This document shows positions 48,691 through 58,082 of a stretch of DNA of 64,000 bases, piece after piece. Origin of the DNA: Thermoanaerobaculia bacterium (GTDB lineage Bacteria > Acidobacteriota > Thermoanaerobaculia > Multivoradales > Multivoraceae); contig CALOFD010000012.1 of the NCBI GenBank assembly GCA_942492505.1, forward strand, positions 23,514 to 87,513. The letters are read 5' to 3'. The notes under the pieces were generated by a model. It searched no databases. It was not told the DNA's origin and saw nothing but the letters and a program-made list of their open reading frames with translations. Position 1 is the first letter of the stretch. Each line of letters opens with the position of its first letter. Both the position numbers and the translations under genes were made by a program.

Positions 48691-49554
48691 CTACTGACCG
48701 GGAACGACCTGGTCGTAGTTGGGTGTGGCGTCGGCTCCCGAGTTCCCGAGACTCCAGTCGAGAGCATCGAGAAAGGCTTCCTGGAAGGTGGCGTTGTCCC
48801 AAACGTCCTCCCGATGTCCCATGGCGTTGTAGAAGACCCTGCCGGCCCCCACGGCCTTGCACCAGATGATCGGGTACGCCGGCTGCTGATAGAGGGCCTG
48901 CCCGAAGGGATCGCTCGTGGTGTCCAGCAGCGCGATCACATGGAGGTTCTCGGTATCGAGATTCCTGAAGGCGTACCACTCATCCTGGATGGACCATTCC
49001 AGGGGCAGGGAACGAACTGTCGGATGGTCGGCGTCGACGACTTTCACCCGACCTTCGAACTGCCGCCCATGAGACAGGAACTCGCCTCCCAACAAGCGGA
49101 TGTAGGGTGTCGGTTCTCCGCCCGGATTCCTGAAGGTATCGCTTGCGGAATGAAATCCGAGCAGAGCGCCTCCGGATTCAACCCACTGGCGAAGATCTGC
49201 GATCCCACCCGCCGGGATGCCGGGCTCGCTGTCACCACCGAACAACCCCTTTCCCGAGCCCGCCACCGTCAGGTCTCCGGTCGTGTAGAAGATCACGGCC
49301 TGAAAGAGCATCAGCTCGGAGGCCGTGATCAGCGATCCGTCCTTGCTGGTGACGATCTCGAACCCGTTTGCCTCTGCCAGCGAACGAAGCACCTGCTCGA
49401 CGTGACTGGGCTGCCCTTCTACCCGCTTGATCACCGGGTGCTCGAAGCCCGAGGACTTCGAGAAGAACAGCACCCTGGGAACCTGCGCCAGGCCCGGCCC
49501 AGCGAGGATTCCAAGGCTCATGGACAGGACGGCGACTCGCACGACATGCCACAT
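48691..49554 (-). CDS. ThuA-domain protein (secreted)
   Basis: The ATG at 49554 gives a signal peptide (MWHVVRVAVLSMSLGILAGPGLA). The ThuA-like body includes VLFFSKSSGFEHP and LLGFHSASDTF. Confidence 0.72.
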   Translation of the reverse strand: MWHVVRVAVLSMSLGILAGPGLAQVPRVLFFSKSSGFEHPVIKRVEGQPSHVEQVLRSLAEANGFEIVTSKDGSLITASELMLFQAVIFYTTGDLTVAGSGKGLFGGDSEPGIPAGGIADLRQWVESGGALLGFHSASDTFRNPGGEPTPYIRLLGGEFLSHGRQFEGRVKVVDADHPTVRSLPLEWSIQDEWYAFRNLDTENLHVIALLDTTSDPFGQALYQQPAYPIIWCKAVGAGRVFYNAMGHREDVWDNATFQEAFLDALDWSLGNSGADATPNYDQVVPGQ

Positions 49555-49763
49555 CTTCAGCGACCTCCGCGCGCAGTCTGTCACGCGCCTCGAGGTCGAG
49601 CATCGGGCTCCGGTCCCGGGTCTCGACTCGTAGGGCGGGGACACCCTCACCCCATGGGAGGGTCCGCTGCCTGAAGGAAGAGGTATCCTTGGATCGGACT
49701 CGACAGTCCCGACTTCCGGGAGTCGTCGAGTCGCTTGATTGCGAAAGGAGAGGCGAGCGAAAC

Positions 49764-50108
49764 ATGGACATAACGATCAACACACAGCATTTCGATCTGA
49801 CCGCCAACGTCGAGACTGCGATCCGGGATCGGGCCGAAAGGCTCGAGAAGTTCCATCCCAACCTGATCCATTGCATCGTCACTGTCGAGGGACCCAGCGA
49901 GCATCATCAGCACGGCGGGACCTACGATGTGCGTCTCGAGATTCGCCTTCCCGGTCCCGCGATCGTCATCAACCGCCAACCCAACGAAGACCTGGGAATC
50001 GCTCTTCGAGACGCCTTCGAGGCGGCGAAGCGACGCATCGAGGACCACAACGAGAAACTGCGCGGTCCGAGAGGCCACGAACGCAGGCACGGCTCGGTCG
50101 AGGTCTGA
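49764..50108 (+). CDS. hpf: ribosome hibernation promoting factor / RaiA (short form)
   Basis: AAGGAGAGG lies upstream of the ATG at 49764. The product begins MDITINTQHFDLTANVETAIRDRAERLEKFHPNLIHCIVTVE. Confidence 0.88.
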   Translation: MDITINTQHFDLTANVETAIRDRAERLEKFHPNLIHCIVTVEGPSEHHQHGGTYDVRLEIRLPGPAIVINRQPNEDLGIALRDAFEAAKRRIEDHNEKLRGPRGHERRHGSVEV

Positions 50109-50147
50109 TCCGAGCGGCGACCGCCCATCGATGACGCGGGGATCGTC

Positions 50148-51159
50148 TCAGGTCGAGGGGACGCGGAGGCGGACATTGCCGTCCTGGGTGCGAACCCTGA
50201 GCCGACCGGAACCGTCGCCGAGCACGCCCGAGGCTCTCCGGCGCTCCTCGCTGACATCGTCGAGACTCGGTCCATCGATGTCGATCCGACCACTCCCGGT
50301 GTGGATCTCGAAGGCGAGAGCCGCCCCCGGAGGAAGATCGATCTCGACATCGCCATCGTCCGACTCCACATCGATCTGCACCTCGGAGTCGCCGACGAGA
50401 CTCAGTTCGATATCGCCGTCCTGGGTGCGGATATCGATCTCCCCGGCCTCGAGTCGCCGCATCCTCACCGACCCGTCGTCGCCGACTGCGTCGATGTCCC
50501 CGGAGCAGTTCTCGACGTGGAGATCGCCGTCCTGGAGCCGGAAGCGGCCCCCACGACAGGTCGCTGTCACTCAGGTAGACATTGCCGTCATCGGCTCGTA
50601 CGAAGAGCTCGCCGGTCAATCGCTCAGCCGAAACGTCGCCGTCTTCGATCTCGATCGCAACGCGGGGCGAGTCGAGGCCATCGAGATTGACGTCGCCGTC
50701 GTCCAGGCGGATGTCCACTTCTCCAGCCCAGTCGACGACCGAGACGTCGCCGTCGTCGCCGGTGAACTCGAGATCGATCCACGGCGGCGCCGAGATCGTG
50801 TAGAGGTAGTCGTACTGTCGCGAGGAGCGGAAACCGATCGTGAATCCCGACCTGCCCGTCTCCCTGCCGATCACCGTCACCGTGCTGCCGGACTGATCGA
50901 ACTCGACCTCGAAGTCGGCGTCGTCGCGCCCGAGGCCCAACACGGTGATGTCGGCTCGGTACAGCACGTGGACCTCGATCTGCGGCCGCTCCCAGGGGCG
51001 AATCTCGACGTCACCATCGCCATGCTCCAGGCGAAGTCGAGCCCCGGGGGACACCTCGAAGGTCCTGGAGAACTCCTCGTTGATCTCCCTGGCCGAAGCA
51101 GGCGCCGCCAGCAGGGCCAGCGAGAGAACGGACAACCGCAGGAAATGAGCTTGCTTCAT
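50148..51159 (-). CDS. DUF4097-like beta-helical putative adhesin, split by a 1-nt frameshift at a C5 run
   Basis: Signal peptide MKQAHFLRLSVLSLALLAAPASA, then repeated DGDV/DGNV units. Track ORF 49969..51159 degenerates after ...DDGNVYLSDSDLS. ORF 50148..50570 continues the repeats (RFRLQDGDLHVENCSGDID...). Removing one C of CCCCC (50548-50552) joins them. Confidence 0.65.
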
Positions 51160-51210
51160 CGACTTCTCCTTCAGTCATCCCTACGAGATCGACGGGTTCG
51201 ATGTTCTGGC

Positions 51211-51286
51211 GCCCGACGCAGGATGCCCGACGCCGGATGCCCGACGCCGGATGCCCGACGCCGGATGCCCGACGCCGGATGCCCGG
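51211..51286. repeat. 14-bp tandem repeat x5.4 (GCCCGACGCCGGAT)
   Basis: Copies lie at 51211-24 (1 mismatch), 51225-38, 51239-52, 51253-66 and 51267-80, with a partial copy at 51281-86. The repeat sits in the divergent intergenic region between the DUF4097 gene and the ABC permease operon. Confidence 0.9.
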
Positions 51287-51407
51287 TGCTAGCATCGCCC
51301 CGCCCATTCCCCAACGGGACACGTCCGGAAGAGTTCGGTGAATTCTTTCGAATCCGTCGCCGCCTGCCCGCCCAGCCCGCGTCGCAACCACCGCTGATCG
51401 ACACGGC

Positions 51408-52376
51408 ATGCTCACCCGAAGACTTCTCCAGGGAATCCTCCTTCTCTTCGCCGCCTCGGCCCTGTCCTTCCTGCTTGCAGCCCTGACGCCCGGCGAATAC
51501 TTCGACGAACTGCGCCTCGACCCGAACGTTCCCGAAGACACGATCGAGTCGATGCGCCAGCGCTACGGCGTCGGCGACCCTCTAGCGCAGCGATACCTGC
51601 GCTGGCTCGGCTCGGTGACCCGCGGCGAACTCGGTTTCTCGCTGCGCTACCGAACCGAGGTCAGGCCCCTGCTCCTGCGAAGAGCCGGAAACACACTGCT
51701 GTTGACCGGCCTGGCGACTTCTTGCGCGTGGGCTCTCGCACTGCCGTTCGGTATCTGGGCGGCGACGAGCCCGAAGAAATGGGCTTCCTCCTTCTTCTCG
51801 GGATCGACGTCGCTGCTCCTCGCGATCCCCGATCTCGTCCTCGCCCTGCTCGCCCTGATGCTGGCGATCCGCTCCGGTTGGTTTCCCGTCGGGGGCATGA
51901 GGTCCTCGAACTTCGATTCCCTCGGGCCGATCGCCCGAGCTTCTCGACCTGGGGCATCATCTTTGCTGCCGGCCCTGGTGATCGCGCTCGGACTCCTCCC
52001 GACGCTCTCGCGCCATGTCCGCGCCGCGGTCGGCGAGACTCTCGACGCTCCCTTCGTTCGCGCAGCGCGGGCGAGGGGACTCCCCGAACGGACGATTCTC
52101 TATCGGCATGTCCTGCCGGCCGCTGCCAACCCCCTGATCAGTCTTGCAGGCCTGTCGATCGCCTCGCTGGCCGGGATCTCCCTGGTGGTCGAGGTGGTGC
52201 TGGCATGGCCGGGGATCGGCCCGCTGCTCCTCGAGTCGATCCAGGTCCATGACATCGACCTGGTCATCGGCGGCGTCCTGATCACGACGCTCCTCCTGGT
52301 GATCGGAAACGGACTCGCCGACCTCGCCTTGTGGATGACAGATCCTCGACTTCGAAGGCGCGATCCCTCTCCATGA
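51408..52376 (+). CDS. ABC transporter permease (Opp/Dpp B-type, peptide/nickel family)
   Basis: 322-aa ORF. The N-terminus MLTRRLLQGILLLFAASALSF...PGEYF and multiple TM helices match the OppB/DppB pattern. Confidence 0.88.
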   Translation: MLTRRLLQGILLLFAASALSFLLAALTPGEYFDELRLDPNVPEDTIESMRQRYGVGDPLAQRYLRWLGSVTRGELGFSLRYRTEVRPLLLRRAGNTLLLTGLATSCAWALALPFGIWAATSPKKWASSFFSGSTSLLLAIPDLVLALLALMLAIRSGWFPVGGMRSSNFDSLGPIARASRPGASSLLPALVIALGLLPTLSRHVRAAVGETLDAPFVRAARARGLPERTILYRHVLPAAANPLISLAGLSIASLAGISLVVEVVLAWPGIGPLLLESIQVHDIDLVIGGVLITTLLLVIGNGLADLALWMTDPRLRRRDPSP

Positions 52377-53341
52377 GTTCCCGTACGACCCCGCGCCTGC
52401 TGCCTGCCATCCTCGTTCTGGTCCTCATCCATGCGACAGCACTGCTGGCAGGTTTCTTCGGTCCCTACGAGCCCGCCGAGCAGGATCGATCGCGCCCCAG
52501 CGAGTCTCCGTCTTCGATCGACCTCCACGGCGCCGACGGCCGCGTCGGCCTGTTCGTGGCTGACCCGGGCGACATCGCCACGCCCACAGCTCCTCTCCAG
52601 TTCCTCGTCACACGCGACGACAGGGTCCGCCTACTCGGCGTCGATCCGCCCACCCGACTGAATCTGCTCGGAACCGACTCCCTCGGTCGCGATGTGTTCT
52701 CGAGACTGCTGTGGGGAGGTCGCGTCTCACTCCTCGCCGGTCTGGTCGCAACCTTTCTCTCGATCGCACTCGGGACGACACTCGGAATCGTCGCCGGCTT
52801 CTACGGAGGCCGTATCGACGCCCTCCTGATGCGGGTGGCAGATCTGTTCCTCGCGCTTCCGCTCCTCTATCTGCTTCTCGCGATCCGCGCTCTTCTCCCC
52901 CTGTCGATCTCGACCACCACCGCGTTCCTGCTTCTGATCGGGGTTCTCGGTCTCGCCGGATGGGCTCGACCGGCCCGTCTCGTGCGGGGCGTCGCCCTGG
53001 CCGCACGAGAGCGCGACTTCGTTCTGGCGGCGCGCTCCCTCGGCGCCAGTGACATCCACATCCTGTTTCGCCATGTCCTGCCCCAGACGCGAAGCGTGGT
53101 GCTCACACAGGCCGCTCTGCTCGCGCCGCAGTACGTCCTGGCCGAGGTCGCGCTTTCCTACTTCGGGGTCGGCGTCTCGGAACCCACTCCGAGTTGGGGG
53201 ACCATGCTGGCGGAGGGCGCCTCCTTCGCGGCTCTTTCAGTGCCCCATTGGTGGTTGCTCAGCCCCGCCCTGCTGCTGGTCGCCACGTTCGTGGCGTATC
53301 ATTCCCTGGCGCGATCGCTGGATGGAGGTTCGCACGGCTGA
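52373..53341 (+). CDS. ABC transporter permease (Opp/Dpp C-type)
   Basis: The ATG at 52373 overlaps the preceding stop (ATGA). Contains LLGTDSLGRDVFSRLLWGGRVSL, typical of OppC/DppC. Confidence 0.88.
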   Translation: MSSRTTPRLLPAILVLVLIHATALLAGFFGPYEPAEQDRSRPSESPSSIDLHGADGRVGLFVADPGDIATPTAPLQFLVTRDDRVRLLGVDPPTRLNLLGTDSLGRDVFSRLLWGGRVSLLAGLVATFLSIALGTTLGIVAGFYGGRIDALLMRVADLFLALPLLYLLLAIRALLPLSISTTTAFLLLIGVLGLAGWARPARLVRGVALAARERDFVLAARSLGASDIHILFRHVLPQTRSVVLTQAALLAPQYVLAEVALSYFGVGVSEPTPSWGTMLAEGASFAALSVPHWWLLSPALLLVATFVAYHSLARSLDGGSHG

Positions 53342-53350
53342 GAAGTTCCG

Positions 53351-55105
53351 ATGATTGAAACCGCCGCTCGACGGCCTGCCCGATGCTCCCTCGGACTGCT
53401 CGTGGCCCTCGTTGCCGCCCTGTCATTCGGCTGCGGTGACGCGAGCCCGGAGTCCGCGAGCGAGTCGGTCGAGCTGCCCCTTCAGCGCGGCGGACGGCTC
53501 GTTCTGACCCTGAAGAGCGAACCCGAGAGCTTCAATCCCGTCCTCGCCGTCGGCGCCAGCACGCACCGTATCGTCGATCGAATGCATGGCGACCTCCTGC
53601 ATATCGATCCGTTCACGCAGGAGGTGGTACCAAACCTCGCCGAGTCCTGGGACGTCTCGGCAGATGGCACGGTCTACACGGTTCACCTGCGAAAGGGACT
53701 TCGCTTCTCCGACGGGGAAGTCCTCGACGCAGATGACGTCGTGTTCACCTATCGAGTCCACCTCGATCCGTCGATCGCCAGTCCCCAGAGGGATCTGCTG
53801 TCTCCCGGCGGCACTCCCCTGACGATCGAGAAGGTCGACTCCGATACCGTCGAATTCAGCCTCCCCCGCCCGCTGGCGGCGGGCCCCAGACTCTTCGACT
53901 CCATCGCCATCCTGCCGGAGCACCGACTGCGCGAAGCCTGGTCGAGCGGCCGGCTCCAGGAGACCTGGCAGACCTCGACTCCGGCGTCGGAGATCGTTGG
54001 AGCCGGCCCCTTCACGCTCGGCGAGTACCGCAACGGCGAGTTCCTCGACCTCGACCGAAACCCCTACTACTGGAAGACCGGCGACGACGGCGACAGGCGT
54101 CCCTACCTCGACGGGATCCGCTTCCTCTTCGTCTCCGACGACGACGCTCGCGTACTTCGCTTTCAGGCCGGCGAGGCCCACATCATCGACGATCTCGGTT
54201 CCGACAACTTCGCCGCGCTGAGCAGTTCACAGGCCGACACCGGGATGCGACTCGTCGATGCTGGCCCCTCCCTCGAGCGCGAGATGCTGATCCCCAATCT
54301 CAACGATCTCCCGCCGAGCACCGCACCCGAGCACGTCCAGGCCCAGGCCTGGCTGGAGAGACCCGGCTTCCGCAGCGCCCTCTCCCTCGCCATCGACCGC
54401 GACAGCCTCGTTCGGCTGGCCTATCAGGGGCGCGCCAGCGCTCTGCGATCGAACGTCAGTCCGGGGGATCGCTTCTGGCACAACGATTCCCTGCCACCCC
54501 CGGACCGAGATCTCGCGCGCGCTCGCGAAACACTTGAGGGGGAAGGATTCCGATGGGCCGAAGACCAACTCATCGGTCCTGAGGGTGCCCCCGTCCGACT
54601 TTCGATCCTGACGTCTTCCACGAACTCCAAGCGCCTCAAGATGGCAGCCATCATCGAACAGGACCTGGCGGAGCTGGGGATCGAGGTCCGCGTCGTTTCG
54701 CTGCCCCACGGCGCCGTCGTCGAACGGCTCCTGCAGACCTTCGCCTACGACTTGATCCTCCTCGGCTTCGGAAGCGGTGACGCCGACCCCAATCCCGCTC
54801 TTCCCTTCCTCCTATCCACAGGCGGCCTTCACGTGTGGCGACTGAACGACACCGAGCCCTTGAGCCCCTGGCAGGCCGAGATCGATGCACTCATGAAAGC
54901 TCAACTCGTAGAGACCGACCGACAAGCCCGAAAACGCCTCTACGACCGCGTCCAGGAAATCGTGGCAGAAGAACTCCCCGTCATCCCCCTCGTATCCCCC
55001 CACGTCCTGGTAGGCGCCCAGGCCACCGTCGGCAACTTCCGCCCCGCCATCCTCGAACCGAATGCGATCTGGAACGCCGACGAGTTGTTCCTCGCCTCTC
55101 CCTGA
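53351..55105 (+). CDS. ABC transporter substrate-binding protein, family 5 (peptide/nickel)
   Basis: 584-aa ORF with a lipoprotein-like N-terminus (LVALVAALSFGCG) and SBP_bac_5-like sequence. No ATPase genes follow. Confidence 0.85.
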   Translation: MIETAARRPARCSLGLLVALVAALSFGCGDASPESASESVELPLQRGGRLVLTLKSEPESFNPVLAVGASTHRIVDRMHGDLLHIDPFTQEVVPNLAESWDVSADGTVYTVHLRKGLRFSDGEVLDADDVVFTYRVHLDPSIASPQRDLLSPGGTPLTIEKVDSDTVEFSLPRPLAAGPRLFDSIAILPEHRLREAWSSGRLQETWQTSTPASEIVGAGPFTLGEYRNGEFLDLDRNPYYWKTGDDGDRRPYLDGIRFLFVSDDDARVLRFQAGEAHIIDDLGSDNFAALSSSQADTGMRLVDAGPSLEREMLIPNLNDLPPSTAPEHVQAQAWLERPGFRSALSLAIDRDSLVRLAYQGRASALRSNVSPGDRFWHNDSLPPPDRDLARARETLEGEGFRWAEDQLIGPEGAPVRLSILTSSTNSKRLKMAAIIEQDLAELGIEVRVVSLPHGAVVERLLQTFAYDLILLGFGSGDADPNPALPFLLSTGGLHVWRLNDTEPLSPWQAEIDALMKAQLVETDRQARKRLYDRVQEIVAEELPVIPLVSPHVLVGAQATVGNFRPAILEPNAIWNADELFLASP

Positions 55106-55314
55106 AAGATCGAAACAAACGCCCTTCCCATCTCCGATCGAGTCGCTAGACGTCGGGGATCGAACTAGAACAACAGATTGAGAAACTCATCGAGCTGGAG
55201 AGCGACGAGGAGATCCGAGAGTTCATCGCATGGCTCGCAAGTGTTGGGGACTCGATCCTTGCTCCAGCGCTAGCTGGATTCCTCGATGCGCGCGGCCCGA
55301 CAGACGCTGATCCA

Positions 55315-58016
55315 GTGCAACTCAGGGTCGAAAGACTCGTTGATGTGGCGAAGCGTGCGGGGGCAAGCAGAACAACGGCCTTCATCTTCAAGGCCGCGGG
55401 AAACCACATCGCTGCGAACACCCGCGACGCGGAGACAGGCCTCAGCCTTCTCTCAGACGCCCTGGAGCTGTTCACATCCCTTGGAGACGACCTACAGGCA
55501 GGGATCACTCGGAGCTGCCTCATTCTTACCTTGGTGGAGACCGGTGATTTTGAGCGGGCGTCGGCAGAAGCCGGAACCGCCCGACAGACCTTCCAGAGAC
55601 TTGGCGATCAACTTCGGCTCGCAAGACTTGACGTGAACGAGGGCAACATCGCCTTCAAACAAGACCGATTCGCCGACTCAGAGCGTCTGTGGACCAGGGC
55701 CTTGGGAACCTTGATGGTTCGAGGCACCACTACCGACATCACCAATTGTCTGATCAACATAGGCTGCAGCAAGGTGCAGACGGGACACATACCGGAAGCC
55801 CTCAGGCTCTTTGAAAGAGCTAGCACCTTCCTTGCCGAGGAGGGACCGAGTCAGGCCAGACTTGTGCTCCTTTACAATCAAGCTTGGGCCCTCATGCACT
55901 GGGGGCATCACTCTCAAGCCCTCTCACGCCTCATGGCCCTAGAAAAGGCCTTTCTGGAAATAGGGAACCACTACTACGAGGGCCTGGTTCTCCTAGCTCT
56001 CGGCCAGATCCTTCTAGATCATTGGCTTCTGAGAGATGCCCGCCGTCGGATCGATCGGGCGCTGTCTCTGTTTGCGCGGCGCCACGCACCCTACGAACGT
56101 GCAAAGGCCTTCTTCCTTCTCGCAGTCTGTGAGTCGTCTTCCGGTGATCTGGATGTGGCAATGCAACTCCTCGATCAGGCCCAAGCTCGCTTTGAGAGAC
56201 TTGGCAATACAGCCTGGCTTCAGAGAATTAGGTTGCAGAAGGGACAGATACTCCTCGCAAGCGGACGGACGGAGCAAGCGCTGCGAATAGCACGACTATG
56301 CGAGTCGGACCTTGGGCCTCCAGCGACACCAGACATCGAATGCCTTTTCGACCTTCTCTACGGCCAATGTCTCGCAGCGACAGGGGAATCAAAACAGACC
56401 TTCGAACTCGCTCGAAGTCTGTTGCCAAGAGTGGTCCTGCTCGATCGAAAGCACCTTGAGATCGAAGCCCTAGCTCTAGTCGGGAGGTCGGCAGAAGACC
56501 TTGGCTTGGACAACCAAGCCGCCAAGGCCTACCTCCAAGCCGCTGCGCTCGTTGAATCCATCAGTGAGTCTCTACCACCACTAGACCTGAGAGGTGGATT
56601 CCTTGCTGGGAAGGTAGACGTCTACCAACGCCTATTTCTTCTGGCAGCTCGAAAGGGGGACGTCATCCGCGCCTTCGCCTCAATCGAGCGCTCCAAGGCT
56701 GTGAGATTTCACTACTACTCGTCGAAGCCGTTCTGGCAAGACACGACTGCAAGGAGCGGCAGCGCGGCTTCCGAGTTGAGTGCCGGGGCTGAAGAACTAA
56801 GAAGACTTTCCCACCAACTTCGTGAACTCCGAGCAAGCGAGCAGCGAAGAGGTGCCTCGCAGATCGGAGATCTCGCCTCAGTCCTTGAGTCCGAAGCCAC
56901 CGAAACGCTGAGGTTCATGGGAGTAAGGGGACACAAGGAAGGAGCAGGTCCGCTCCCTGAGCTGACAGATGTTCAGGAAGCTCTCGGTTCGCAAACTACT
57001 CTGCTGCACTATTACTCCACCGGCGATCAACTTTGGTGCTTGTCAGCCACGCGCGACAGCGCCAATCTGTTCGAGATTGGGAGCTCCTCTGAAATTGCCG
57101 AGGCCCTTCAGCTATTTAGGTACGCGCTAACTCCTGCAGCAGCAGGTAGAGACCAACAAGCCAGAACCAGAGCAGAGCATCACCTCAGTCGACTTCACAA
57201 CCTTCTCCTCGCACCTGTTGAAGGCACGCTACTCGAGCAGCTGATCGTCATTCCCGAGGGGAGTCTTTCCCGGGTGCCGTTCCATGCGCTCCTGGGACCT
57301 GATCGGGAGTACATGATCGATCGACACAGATTGACCGTCCAGCCCTCGGCGCAATGTCTGTCTGAATGCTCCAGTCAACCCGCAAAGAGCATTGGAGCAT
57401 CCCTATTGGTAGGTGTCGGCGACTCAGTAGCTACAGGCATGGGTGCCGAAGCCGAGCAGCTCTCAAGATTGATTCCAGGTGCTCGCCTTCTCCTAGGTCA
57501 CGATGCAACGGCGGCGGTCGTAGCAAACGAGATCGAGTCAGTCCAACTCGTCCACTTTGCCAGTCATGGAATGTTTGAGGAGCTAGGCCTCTCTTCTCCC
57601 ATCTCAGACTCGGTGATGGTCCCTTCTACCTTCACGACTTGGTCGGGCTGGATCTCACAAACATCGAACTTGCGGTGCTGAGCGGATGCAACATGGGGGT
57701 CGAGCCGGAAGGCCCAACGGCATACATGATGGCTTGGCCACATTTCTTAATGGCTTCTGGAGTGCGAGCTGTTGTTTCTGCCCTCTGGCGGGTTGATGAC
57801 GCAGCTAGCGTTTACTTCATGAGGTGCTTCTATGAAGGTCTCATGAGCGGGGTGCCCAAGGACGAATGTCTGAGACGAGCCTGTCTAAGCGTCCGTGAGA
57901 TTCGCAGGCATCCATACTTTTGGGCTCCCTTCGTCCTCGCAGGGTCAAGTGATGCAATTGAGTTTGCCCCCCCGCCCCCTTCTGAGGTTCACGATGTCAG
58001 CCAGCACTTCAGATAG
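55315..58016 (+). CDS. TPR-repeat CHAT-domain (caspase-like) protease, catalytic dyad intact; one frameshift; start unresolved
   Basis: Track ORFs 55315..57681 and 57639..58016. The His motif VHFASHG lies in the first, and the Cys motif LSGCNMG plus the terminal HPYFWAPFVLAG in the second. Adding one C to CCC (57598-57600) joins them (...LGLSSPHLRLGDGPFYLHDLVGLDL...). The same frame is open and protein-like back to 55150 with no ATG/GTG/TTG. Confidence 0.8.
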
Positions 58017-58082
58017 ACGAGTGCCTGCTACAGTTTCTGGACTGGGACGGGAAGAACTTAGGCTCAGAACCAGGTAGCTATA

